A DNA stretch of 64,000 nt, from the NCBI RefSeq assembly GCF_009914755.1, contig NC_060935.1; one strand, given 5' to 3'. This DNA comes from the human T2T-CHM13v2.0 reference genome, Homo sapiens. Positions 1 through 13,745 of this stretch are shown here, one piece after another (within the stretch, counting starts at the first letter, position 1; the number at the start of each line of letters is the position of its first letter). The notes beneath the pieces were generated by a model. The model was not told the origin of the DNA. It made no database searches and was given only the letters and a program-made list of their open reading frames with translations. The translations under genes and the position numbers were made by a program.

Positions 1-399
1 CATGCACATTGGTGTAAATTGGCACAACCTTTCTGAAAAGCAATTCAGAAATGTGTATCAAGAGTATTAAGGGTGTTTTTTGCCGTTTGAGAAATTCCAT
101 TTCAGTAACTTCCATTTCAAAAGCAGTTTCTAACAGGTTTGTCATGGGGCGTTTGTTTTCACCTTGGGAAATCCATCTTTGATGTCGCGTCTTCTGAATT
201 CTATTTGATTTGCTCCTTTAATAACGTCATGAAACTCTGTCAGTTTCCCAGCTATATATGGAACACAGAAAGAGAGTGTAGGCAGTCAAGGTGGATTTAA
301 GGCTGTGTAACTCTGTGAATAGTGTTGTCGAAGAGAGAGGCTGCTCCCAAAAGACATATGGCTTCCAAAAGCAGACTGGTGTGGTGCTGAGTGAATAAA

Positions 400-555
400 C
401 ATTGTGTGGGGATCTTGTAAAACGGGAAATTTTATGAGCCCCTCACCTCCCATTCTGATTCAGCAAGTCACGGTGGTTTCCAGGAATGTCTATTTTTAAC
501 AAGATTTCCTGTAGATTTTGATGCTCAGATAGAGGTCTGATAATCACAGCTTAGA
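400..555. mobile_element. MER5-type hAT-Charlie fossil
   Basis: gatcttgtaaaa...ctgattcagcaagtc...tatttttaacaagatttcc...tgatgc resembles the MER5 consensus. Confidence 0.55.
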
Positions 556-1084
556 ATGTAATCTACCATAGTCTATTTCATTTTTAAGAAATGCTACTAG
601 ATCTTATTTTGATGGAATATTGTATGTCACATGGGATCCATGCATTCAAGAAATATCTGAAATACTAGACAAGCATTCTCACTGGCAAATTATAGGGAGG
701 AGTGTAATTTCAAAAAATATTACATAACCCATATGCCATACTTTCAAGTGCACAAAATGCATATAGACACAGAAAAATCTAGAATGATTTCGGTATGCAA
801 AGTATTCTGCTCACTAGCAAGCACAGGCACTTCATTTCTTTCCTAGGTGTCATGTGACAAATGGGTGCCTGTTTCTATTTCACCTTTCTAGCACTTCTTA
901 GGCCCCAACCCTAAAGATGTGGTCTTAGAAAAAGCTGGATTTTTTTTTTTTTTTTTCTCATTTCTGCCTAATTCAGCTGTTGACTTTCCATTCCACCTGC
1001 AGGCCAGTTTGGTAAATCAGAGCTGCAATTATTTTTGCTGTTAGGAAGATATCTATTGGGTGGAGTTAATAATACAATTTTGTC

Positions 1085-1240
1085 CAGTGGTTCTCAAAAT
1101 GTATCAGGCATTGAAATCACCAGGAACGCTTTTCAAGACTGAATGCACTGGATTCACCTCAGTCCAATTACATCAGCATCTCAAGGTTGGGGTTTGTTCT
1201 CAGGTCTTCAGATGGTCATTTATATCATTCAACAAGAAAC
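1085..1240. mobile_element. MER5-type hAT-Charlie fossil
   Basis: Begins with the TIR-like cagtggttctcaaa, followed by aatcaccagg. Confidence 0.55.
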
Positions 1241-1259
1241 TTAAGCTGAATTAAGGTAG

Positions 1260-1500
1260 GGAAGTTCAGTAGAAAAAATGTCAGAAAGACCAGAATTTGA
1301 ATCTCCACTGTGCCAATTCTAAAAACTGTACCAACTTTCTTACACTAGTAAAGCTTTCTATGACTTAATTTCCTCATCTATAAAATGAAGATATCGTCAT
1401 TGTAAAATTATTGTGAGGATTTGTTCTTCACAAAGTTGTGAGGATTACATGAAATTGTATACGTGAAAGGACAAAGTACACACATAAACATGAAGTATTA
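1260..1500 (+). mobile_element. MIR SINE
   Basis: MIR core aatttcctcatctataaaatgaagata...ttgtgaggattacatgaa. Confidence 0.7.
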
Positions 1501-1674
1501 TTTTACTTTAAAAAATGGCTCAAAGTTGTTAATAAATTCATGGGGAAACTAGTGTCAAAAGCCTGATTTTGAATTGGGGGAGAACTTGTAGAAGGACTGG
1601 GTTGTTAGCTGAGTTTGGCCCAATGTACCCTGTCCTTTGTCTCCCCTGGCGTTACATATTATTGAAAAAAAGAT

Positions 1675-1816
<142 letters not shown>

Positions 1817-2659
1817 TAATCGGCAAGAAGCTGGTTTCCACTGATCTCCCATTACAGCTAGACACATGGCACAAAGGAAGAAATCTTGCCTTTGGTATAA
1901 ATTTTTACGTAATATGTGAATTTAAGATAAATGAAAAGTCAGGTCCTTCCTTAGAAAACTTGCACAAAAGACTGCACATCCCTTATAGCTTTCCAAAAGC
2001 CTATTTTACATTCCTACTTAGAAGTCTTATCACCACTTCACATTACACATATATCATCTTCCTCTCTCCATTACTTTTTTTCTACTTTATATCAAATAGT
2101 AACACTATTCTCTGGGCTTGTTTATCCATTCAAGCTCATTATTGTGCTGTATATTTCAAATACATGAGTACACATCACCTAATTCTTAACCATCTCAAGA
2201 AGGTATTACTCCTGATAGAATGTAGTGCAGAAATCAAAGATCATAGAGATTAATTTACTTTCAAGGTCGCAAAGCTAGTAGAATATGAAAAAAACTAGGT
2301 TTTTTAATCCAGGCCTTTAATCCAACCTTATGTTCGATGCCTCTTTCCTCATTCTAATTACTGCTTTGGTTAACAAGAGACAATAATAAAGTTAATTTGC
2401 CTCTTGCTAAGATCACAATTGATATTTTAAAAGGTAACAATAACTATATATTTTGCACAACTTACACTTTTGCAATATTCCACCAATAGAATATTGAGTG
2501 AGTGATAAGAAATATCACCAGGAAACTGGGTCAGGAAAAAAATAGTGAAAATAATGACTCCTATAATTCTGATATCTTTAAGAATGCATGTCTCAATAAT
2601 CAAGCAGAAATAAACCAAGCGAGAATGCTACTCCAGTATAAACAAAGTAGGCAAATGAT

Positions 2660-5600
2660 TGGTGTTCAGTTTTGCCAATTTTATTGAACCAATAAAATTC
2701 CTACTAATAACAATGAAATAAATTTCTGCAAGTATAAATGTGATACAGTTTAACAAAACCCATTGTTCTGTACCTATAAATAGATTTTCAAAATGTCATA
2801 AAAAGTGCAGTTATGAATTGTTAACATGTTAATACACAGTTCCTTTATTTCAGATGTGTTTGTCTTGACTCACTAACAGTTCCTTCTGCATCTGTCCAAA
2901 TAATGTTACCCTCCCTCCAAAGAAAAAAAGAGTCATTAAAGCACTAGAATATTACACATAAACTGATCCATTTAGGTCAGCTTTAGTCAGAACTGTAAAA
3001 TCAGCAAACATAAGAAAAACAAAACCTAGTAATACATACAAAAGCTTTCATGGGTTCTAGAACCTTCTTAACTGCTGATTCATGTGGAGGGCATTAAGAG
3101 TTGAAAAGGCTTATATGGTTAACTACCTTAGACTATATCTACAGCAGGGTCTGGTTTGCCAGAACAAGTTTAAAGTGGCTGTTTATTAAGTTTGCTATTT
3201 TCAGAATTGAAACTATAAGACCGCCATTTGACACTGAAACTTGCGTGAATCCTAAATTGCATCAATTATCTATTTGATAAAAGCTTATTCTAATTTAAAA
3301 CCTTATAGAGTAAGAGACTGATATATATAGCAGTCTTAAAGATCACGTCATCTGCCTTACATTAGTCCAGTCACGTGCTTCGTAAAAAAAAAAAAAAATT
3401 ACAGTAACAAAGCACAGGACTACAAAGGCAAAACATCACAGCTTCTGATTACATTGAATAAAAAGTACCAAGAAACGCAAATGATAATTCTGTATTAATA
3501 CTGATGAATTAAAGAGCTATAACAGACATTTCACAGCATGCTACATATATCGCTCACAACTTAAGGATAAATGTCTAACATTGAAAGTCAAGAAGTTGGC
3601 AATCTGATTTCATGTGCAATTCAGCTACAGTCTTAATATATACATTCATTATGTAGCTGTCCTGCAAAACCAGGATTTTTTAAAAAGAGTTTTCAAGTTC
3701 AACTTCTATTTCATAAGTTAAAAGATGCGTCCAGTTCTTCCATGACCAGGAAAGTTATTTTCAGGCTTAAAGGAGCTAATCCAAGTAGCAAGGCCATGTT
3801 GCAAGTGGACCTGACAGGGTTCTTTATAACCTTGCTGAGACTGTGTATGTGTATGTGCCTATACTAGTAGCACTGAGAAGATGCCAAACTGGCTGTGGTT
3901 TGCTTTCTATGTCTCTTATTTTGGGTTGAAAAGAGTAAATGTGAAGAGAAAGAGGAAGGGGAAACTGTATTTTCTCTCCAGAGAAGACTAAATAATGCAA
4001 AGGAAATATCTGCACTAGATATATAGTTTGGATCACTTTCCTTGGTGAACAAGGGTACTATTTAACTCTTTTACCTTAGAGAACCAGCGAAATTCAGAAA
4101 GCGGAAGTCTCTCAACATTACAAAGGAAACTCCTTGGCCACCCAACTAATACATTTCTTTTTTCTTTTAATCCTTCCTTATCAGACTTGGGGAGCCAGTT
4201 GAAAATGTGTAAAGATATTAATTTAAGAAAGAGATGTATAATAAGTTTTATTCTGTAAGTTTCATAATGTATGCACTTAACTAATCAGGATTTGTGAACA
4301 ATATTTTAACACTATAGGCCAGAGAGATTCTCTCTGATATTCTTTCGGTAGAAATTATACATTCATTTTTTTAAGAGGTTAACTTGAGGGGTGCAAGAAA
4401 ATAGACTGTTCTAGCAAAATTTACATAACAAAAATTCTATTCATCTTATTTAGACTTACTAATGTTTGATGTTGTCCTATGAACTGTAAAATTGGGTATC
4501 TGTTCTAAAGGCTATTTTGTGGTATGCCCTGCACGATCTCAAAGATTTCCACAAGCATTCAAAAGAATCAGATATTCATTCTGTTTCCCCCCCATATATA
4601 TAATTTTTCATTCTGTACTTCATGGTGGTACAGTCATAATTAGGTTAAAGCTAAAATGAACACTTCATGGCATATAATTTAATACAAACCGCCTCATTCA
4701 GTCTCCATTATTAAGTCTCATTTCTTAACTAGGATGTCAATTCATTCCTGAGCCCTGAAAGGCATTTATTGGATACTACTATCAGGTTGAGTTGTTCATG
4801 AATGAGATGGAAAACAACCAAATACTACAAGAAATAATAATAATCTATACTTTCAAATGGGATGGTTCATCAGGTCAGACAACTGTGTGCAGTGTCCCAT
4901 GTTAGAAACCTGACATAATTTTACATTTATGAACAACCTCAAGTGCACCTAGCTGGAGAGAAGAACTATTACATCTTCTTCCTCTTTGCATTTCCTCTTC
5001 CTTCTGGATATACCCGAAGTGCGGCTAGGAGAATAAAGACTACAAAGTCAATGCATTTTCTTTTCATCCCATGGAACATTTTTTTTCCTCCCATAAGAAC
5101 AGGATAGGAACAGAGGTTAGAGGCTTAGTCTAACCCAGGAAAGCCTGGTTAAACCCTTATGTACCCAATTTTGTGTTATTTTATCTATATTTTAAATCAT
5201 ATGGGCTTCTGTGATCCCATAGGACCATCTAAATACCCTTTGCCATATGTCATTCTATTAGAAATGTGTTTCAAGGCCCAAACACCACCAATAAAACAAA
5301 TGTCTGGAACACCACCCTATTTGCATACCAGAAATTTCCCATTCCACTGAAGGGTTACAAGTCATTCTGGATTGCTGGAGAATTTTAACTTTACATTCAA
5401 ATAGCTTGGACTAACAACAGTATTCATTCATAACCTAATACAAATCCAAGTTAGGATGGCAATTCAATCACTTTAAAATCCTGTTATATGCTAAATTCTG
5501 AACGATAGAAATAGTTCAATTTCTGTATCATGTATAAATATAAAGTTTCCTACTTTGATAGAAGGCAAAAATCTTTTATGATTTATTTAAAATATGGAAG

Positions 5601-8600
5601 TTGTATTACTGAACAACAGTGAGTGAATCCATGAAAAGGTTGGATACTCTGAATTTATAGGCTCTTTGGGGATGAGGTAGAGGAGAGCAAGATATTTCGG
5701 CAGCAGGGAAAAGGGTAGAACAGAATAGGGTGACACAATTTACACTTGATACTGCATTAACATCTGGTAGAGTGTCTAGGGCAAAGGTTAGCCAAAATAT
5801 AGCTGGATGGTTGAGGGATTTAGAAGGAGTTGGGATGAATCCATAGTCTCAATGAATGGAGAAAAAGTAACTCAGGAAAGTAAATGCTGGTGACTTATCA
5901 GCGGGTGGCTGGTGATGTTTGGTTTGGATTGTGAAAGCTGCTTAGACCAAGATGGGCTGAGGGAAGGGGAGGAGAGTGAGCATGTAGAGGTTGAGGCACT
6001 TGGAGGAAGAAGCAGGCAGAAAAGGGTGGACTGAATGCAGACAGGACCTCCCACATGGGAAATATTTTCTCTAGATTAGGTGTACGGTGCTGAAGGCAGC
6101 CACACTCTCAGCACTATGTTCCTCATATTCTTTGAAAACTCTTCCTTCCTCATAGGGCTCTGCCTTGACATATACCTCTACCTCTCTTATCCATTTCACC
6201 CCAGCTATTTTTGTTCTAGGTCTCACCTGGGCAGATTCTAGGTCTGCTAACTAAGCCAAATTAGCATTGAAATAAGCTCCACATACAGTGGGCATATAAG
6301 TTCTGTTGACTGAGATAAATACATTCATGTTACAGTACTGCTTTGAAGAAAGACTATTTAATTTGATTCTCAGTCTCCAGAGGGATATAATAGGGAAACA
6401 CAGTTTACGTTGACGGCCACCTAGAATAGATTCTGATTACATAAATTAGGTAACTTAAAACTCAATCTGAGCAGAGGAGCCACGACTTTCAGCCTGCTGT
6501 TGAATTGTGCTACTAAGCAAATGTGATATACTATTTACATAACAAACATTATTGTTATGTACTGTTTAGTCCATGTTAAGACCATCTCTTTGCATAAAAG
6601 CAGTTCTATTAAAGAGAAGAATTTAAGGTCTTGCTTTCCAGAGAAATGATTTAGAATTGTCTTTAAAATACAACCTAAAACACCTTATTTTGCTAACACA
6701 GTGCAAATCATTTTTATAATATGCACTGAAATTTATTTTTTCCATGAGGAATTGTCCTTAGAGTTCAAAAGAATCTTACCATCATATAGGCATGCACCCT
6801 CCCTCCACTAAAAATGGTGTACTATTTTAAGTACAGATCTTTAATTGTTGATCATTTTATTTTGCTGTGGCACAGAAATCTAAGATTTTGGATTTAAAAA
6901 AAAACTTTATAAGGGGGAAAAGGAAAAAGTTGCTCTGGAATAATAATTAGCTTTTAGAAGCATTTAAGATCTTTAGGAGACATTATAACAACTAAATAGG
7001 AGCTCTGGTTCAAATTTTATAGGATTCTTATATAAAACTTATATTGAGTTTTCTGTTGTAAAAACAGCCCTGTGTTTCTCTGCCATTATTTGGGCTTACA
7101 ACCATAATTAAAGGCCAAGGCTATGCCCCAGATTCCATGTTAGCCATCTTTTATTTTAAAAATACCCCAAATGGGACAAATTCATACTGGGACTGAGACA
7201 ATGTACTTAGTTCAAAAAGGGGAAGGAGGTAATAAGCTGTCTCAAAAGCCTCTTTTCCCCTAATAGTCATATATCCACCTGAGGAAGCCTCGTCTGAAGA
7301 AGCCAGTGAGGCACCTGCCTGGCTACTCCCATAGTCAGGTGGGTTAAAGAACAGATTATTTTCAGGTGGGAGAGTATCTCAATATTTCTTAAGGTGATCT
7401 GAGAAATTATAAATTACCATTGAAGCTGGAAATCTTGAAATTCCAAAGTAAATAGACATTATTCAAGCATACACATCAGTGGACTATGAAGACTAATTTT
7501 AACATAATAAGCAAAGAATTAAAGAATTCACATTCACATGTGCTTTTCTCACGTACACTTGCACATTTAAGTTTGGCACAATGTGAGCGCAAGGTGTAGA
7601 TCAGCATATTGCATAATCACGTCATTATACCAATTGAACCAGATATCTCTTTTAAAAATATCACATTTTAATATAAAAAGCTATACTATAAATTACTAAA
7701 TAGTAAATTCAATACTCTGAAAAAATACCACCCTGGAAAACCGCATCAGAATTTCAAGTTTGCATTGGATAAAGAGAGTTAACAGCAAACTCGTTGTAAA
7801 ATGGTATTCACAACCTGAAATGCTGTGCATGCTGCGTATTAGTAGGTGCTTTAGCACCTGCAGAAGTCAATTTTTCTAGGCTGGTTCACTGAGGTTCATA
7901 AATATATGGTGTTGTTTTTGTTTATAGTTCCAAGTCAACTTATTTTCCTATTGATAAGATAGATCAATGCTGAGCTAAAAAGAAACTTTGCAAGGAAAGA
8001 GATCTATTAAAGGCACTAATATTTCCATAGCCTAAACTCCAACTACTTACATTTCCAGGGAAAAAAATAAACACAAACTAAGTGGCCATTTTAGTTACTT
8101 AAACCTTGTTTCCCCTTTTGGTCTAAAGCTCATATGGTGTTCTGTGAGAATTTCTCCTCCTTTTCAATACATACAAATCATTTTTTATCCTGTTATACAG
8201 TTCGCCTGCACAAAAATATAGGGCTATTAATTGAAAGCATCTAGTAAAAAAACAAATTCAAGAATAAATGACATCCTCAACTTGAAAGTTGTGAAGTTAG
8301 GTAAGTCAAATGGACATTTATGTTGCCATTTGTGTTTTGCCATTCTCCTAAATATTTTCTTTGTATTACATATCTACATAATGTAATATTGAATAAAAGT
8401 TAACATATGGCATATGCAATAAAACAGACGAGATATGGCACAAGTTCTCTGAATAATCTCTTTAAATAAACCACCCTGTCTTTAAAAATATTAGTAATTT
8501 TTTCCTCACATGGAAGATTTCAAACAGGATCCTGGAATCCAAAAATGCAGAACTACCTTATGTTAATAAGTATACAGTCATATTTGTTTTCCTATCTGGA

Positions 8601-10372
8601 ACAAAATCTAAAAGAAAGCAACCCAATATATTGTACCAGAGGAGGATGATAAATGGAAGAGGAAAATGATTTCATGAAACACTAGTTCACGATTCTTTCA
8701 CAAAAGAAAAGTTAAATCTTATATCACAAGTAAGTCTAAAATGAAATATTTGCGGGAACTCTAACAGAAAATTTTATCTATATTATTTACTATGAAAAAT
8801 GGATAAGTTTTCAAAAATTAGCATGTATGTGTACAATTCAAGTCACCCTTAACTAACCAAAAAGTGTTTAAAAAGCAGTGCAGTTGTGTCCTACTGGATA
8901 GTTGTAAGCATCTCTTTAGGCACTTCACTGGTTCATTGACATAATACAAATTAAAGCTATAAACACATAATGTGCTCTCTGAAGATAGTCTAATCAAGCA
9001 ACGTAAACCAATGCAAAAATGTGACTTTTTGGCCGCTTATTCCTCCCCTATGACTTAATAACGTTTTTAAACCAGTTGTCCAAGGAGATTTTTCTGGGGA
9101 AGGGAATGCTTTGGCATTATGAAAGGAACATTGTTCAATCCCAGAAAGGTAAAACTGAAAAAAGCCTGTGCAATAAAGAAATTTGAAAAAAATTTCTTTA
9201 TGGCTCTGTTTAAAAGGACACTTTTGCAGTGATATGACAGGGGGAAAGTTTAGTTGAGTATTTTTTGAACATATTGCACTCTGTTTTTGTAGTTCAATCA
9301 CATTAATGCATAGAAACACAATTTTTACCTTTGAAAAATAAACTGTCTAACCTATTATAAGAACAAAAGTCATGGAAAATAATTTCTAAAAGCCTAACAG
9401 GAAAAATAGGCATATTAACCTTCCTTTGCTTAACGAAATATAGAAAAAAACTATGAGAAAGGAAAAATGTGCAAAGAAAATTTTTGGTCAGTCTTGTGTG
9501 GGTACAGGTTTATATGTGCCAACTAAATGAACTGTAAGCAGCACTGTGAGCACTGATTATTTAAGGTGACTGAGGATTACTGTCAGTGATAGGATTGTGT
9601 TATAATTCCACTTATATACATCTGATATGGAAAACTGAAACTTCCATTTTAGAAGAGAAAGAAAATAGCTGAATTTGGCATTTCAGTAGCATGCTATAGA
9701 ATTCATCATGATTAATTTCACATTAAATTATGGGCAATAGCTGTATCACATTTCATGTTATCGCCAATAGCAGTAAAACAACAATAAATGAACAAACAAA
9801 CAAATAAAAAACAGTGCCTGACAAATAATCTCCTGGGGACACAAATATGTGTCCAGTGAGCAGCTTGGTTCAACAGCGCATGCTTTTCCTCCACCAGATT
9901 TAGGACACAACATTAAAGTTTTAGAATGGCCAGAGAGGTCACTCTTTGCTGAATTCCAATATCTGAAAAACAATTGCTTGAGCAGATTGTAAGCACTTGT
10001 CCTTATTCTTAAAAAAAAAAGGGCGGGGTGGGGGGAGAAAAAATACACATACACACAACCCAAAAGCGCTGAAGTTAAGCATTAATACGCCAGATTCATG
10101 ATTTATGATCAGTATCCAAAACTCCAACTACAAACAATGCAAAGTAGTGCTCCTCAGTATTATTTTTGCAATTGTTAGTAATGTTAAGCATCAAGGAAAA
10201 TAAAACACATCATTGCACATTACAGCCGCAAAAAACAAAAAAAAAAAAACAAACGGCTAAACTTTGACACTAGAGAACTGAATAATTTTTGATGCTATAT
10301 CACAAATAGCTTCAATGTTTATCTTATGTGAAAGGTCTTTACACATGTATGACATTTTCCTTGGGTGATACT
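2660..10372 (-). other. SESN3: Long SESN3 3' UTR (~7.7 kb; distal end inferred)
   Basis: Follows the stop codon. Free of Alu, U-rich on the sense strand. Ends at AATAAA signals (2844-2849, 2680-2685) followed by U/GU-rich sequence; repeats resume below ~1800. Confidence 0.7.
2680..2685 (-). terminator. Candidate distal polyadenylation signal AATAAA
   Basis: tttatt on the + strand, with downstream U/GU-rich elements on the minus strand (TTTGCCTACTTTGTTT, TTGGTTTATTTCTG). A second AATAAA lies at 2844-2849. Confidence 0.6.
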
Positions 10373-10459
10373 TCAGGTCAAATGCCGAGTTATGGCACGA
10401 AGAGCATAAAGAAGTTCAGCTTGCATTCGTGCTTCCATTAAAAGTAGATTGACATGAAC
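10373..10459 (-). CDS. SESN3: Sestrin-3 terminal coding exon 10 (VHVNLLLMEARMQAELLYALRAITRHLT*)
   Basis: AG at 10460-10461; TGA stop at 10373-10375; typical sestrin C-terminus. Confidence 0.97.
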   Translation of the reverse strand, partial: VHVNLLLMEARMQAELLYALRAITRHLT

Positions 10460-11532
10460 CTAGAAGTGAAAATGTTATCAGTTTAGTAACCATTATAAAC
10501 ACCTGGAAAATCTTATTAGACATTCACAAAGGTTTTTTTATGTGTATATAAGCAATATACACACACACACACACCTAGGCATATTTATCCATGTTCATGA
10601 TGCAACACTCAAACCTGTGTCTAATGGCTCTGCAAGCAGTAAAAATAACCCATAAAATCTAAAAAATTCTGATAACTTTATTAAAGTTGTTATTTTTGTA
10701 AAGTCAATCTGTTGGGTTATAAAATAAAACTAATTTTTATAAATTATAATTTTCCTACAAATTACATTTCTTTCTAGTTATAAAATTTTACATGGCTAAA
10801 AATCAGCCCTCATTTTTTTTTTTAACAGTTTATGCTTATCCTGTGAAAAGCTTTAAAAAATTTTTCCTAGTATTTACTTAAAAGATACTAAAGTGAAAAT
10901 CTGATGTTTAAAGTTTCTGATTAGTGTTTGATACTTGTTAGACATACATAGCTTCCCTAGAGTCTTTCAGATAAAATTCTGCAGAACATTTCTTTCGGGG
11001 TTACATCTCGGCTGATAAGTTAAAATGGGTATCCACAAGTTTTCAAAATTTACTATAAAAATATGTTTTAATATTATATTCTTTTGATATATTTATACCA
11101 GTTGGATATGTGGTTGGATATATTCTCCTGAAGAGTAAAGAGAATTTCTAGATACAATCTAGAAAAGGAAGAAAATCTAGAGCAAACATATAAATATGGG
11201 ATAAAGACCCATCAAGGGGAAATGCTGGATGTAAAATGGGTATTTACCTGATGTGAGTGGCTCTAAGACTTCAAAAAATCTGTTAGGTACTGAAGCCATA
11301 ACATTCTCTGCTAAGATCATACAGTTTATTAGCGAATGTTTCCTAAAAAGATTTTCTTACTTTCAAGCTTCGAAACTGTTGTATAAAGGAGATTCTTGAA
11401 CTTAAAGGTTAAAAGTCCTAGGACTTAAGGCCAGCTCTTATACTATGATGTTGATAAAGATCCTTAACATTTATTAGGTTTTCTAACTTCATGTTGCCTA
11501 TATATTTCTTTCAAATAAATATTTTTATGTAA

Positions 11533-11992
<460 letters not shown>

Positions 11993-12186
11993 TAAAAGTT
12001 TATCGTAAGCCTTAGAAATACTAGATCTGAGTACTGATATCTTCAAAGCACATTTGGAAAACTGTCTACAGTTCTAACTATTAATAAAAATCAGACATAC
12101 TGAAATGTTGTATTAGGTATAATTGTATTTTGGCCCAGAAGGCACATCCATTTCGAGATTCTTTAACCACTAAAGTTAACCTATTA

Positions 12187-12516
<330 letters not shown>

Positions 12517-12615
12517 CTATAATTTATTAATACTTTCATGTGTCATTTTTCATAACTATTACTTCTTGTACTGAAGAACTGTCTATGGTATAATGCTTAA
12601 TACTGAAACACGTAC

Positions 12616-12760
12616 TTTTTCTGAGTGTTTGAACTGCCGCCAGTAACTATCATACATGCGTTTTGTAGTTCTCTCAGGATAGCAGGTCACTGTCTTAATG
12701 TAAACCTTCAGGCTTCTTTCAAGTAATTGATTAACTTCTCCATAATCATAGTCATCATAC
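12616..12760 (-). CDS. SESN3: Sestrin-3 coding exon 9 (145 nt, [18 protein letters not shown]...WRQFKHSEK)
   Basis: AG at 12761-12762, donor GTACGT at 12615. Contains the DD motif equivalent to SESN2 D406/D407 (GATOR2 binding). Confidence 0.97.
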
Positions 12761-12869
12761 CTACGAGCAATACAACAATAGCTTTATAATGACAAAATCA
12801 AAATATTTAGTTTCCAAAGTTATACTAAGGACATTTATTGTCTAGTAATTAAATACTAAAAGCTCGTTA

Positions 12870-13745
12870 ATTAATTGAATCAACAAATGTTTACTGAGTA
12901 CCCATTATGTGCCATGAGTACTCAGTAGTAGTGATATACTAGTGAACAAAACAGACAAAAATCCTTGGTCTCATGGAGCTTAAATTTTGTTGAAGAAAAA
13001 ACGAAGAAAAATTAAAAAGATAAACACATTGTAGTCAGATGGTGATAACTGCCATGGAGAGGAAATGGAACTTGGTCTGGGAGGAGAGGAGTTGTTATTT
13101 TAAATAGGGTGGGCAGGAAGGCTTCTCTGAAAGCCTTGATATTTGAACAAATACCAGATGGTGGTAAAGAAGCAAGTGTAAAGGACTTGAGGTAGGAGTC
13201 AAGTGTTTCAGGGAAGAGCAAGTAATCACTGAGTCCCATGCTGCCAAATAGTCAAATAAGATAACTGGGAACTGACCACTGGAAGTAGCTATATGGAGGT
13301 CACTAGCAACCTCGGTAAGAGCAGTTTTGTTGGTTGATAGGGACAAAAGCCTGATACTGTGAATAGGTTCAAGAGAGAATGGGAGATAAGAAAATAGTGA
13401 CAGTAAATATACACAATTTTGTCAGAGATTTGCTTCGCACGAAAGCAGAAAATGAGGCAGTAGCCAGATGGAAATGAAAGGTGAAACTGAAATTTTCTTT
13501 AAAGATGGGAGAAATTAAGTGTGTTTCAATGCTGATGGGAAAGATCCAAAATGGGAGTAAAGCTGATTATGCTGGAGAGAGAAGGGAGCATTGCTAGAAC
13601 TGAGATCTTTAGAAAATGAGAAATGGGATTTTGTGCATAAGTGTATAGGAACATAGACAGTAATGACAGCAGAGTAAATGGGCACAGATGTAGACAGGTA
13701 GGTAAATGTAGTATTGGGAACTTGTGGAATTTCTCTGTTACATTT
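12870..13745 (-). mobile_element. L2 LINE remnant (intron 8)
   Basis: Reverse of the L2 3' end (tcaacaaatgtttactgagtac...atgtgcc; gtgaacaaaacagacaaaaatccttggtctcatggagctt) plus a purine-rich L2 body. Confidence 0.8.

Noticed and set aside
5640-6060. Purine-rich block within the 3' UTR and ORF 5872..6054
   Set aside because: Probably a very old L2-like remnant, but I cannot assign a family confidently, and there is no coding evidence.
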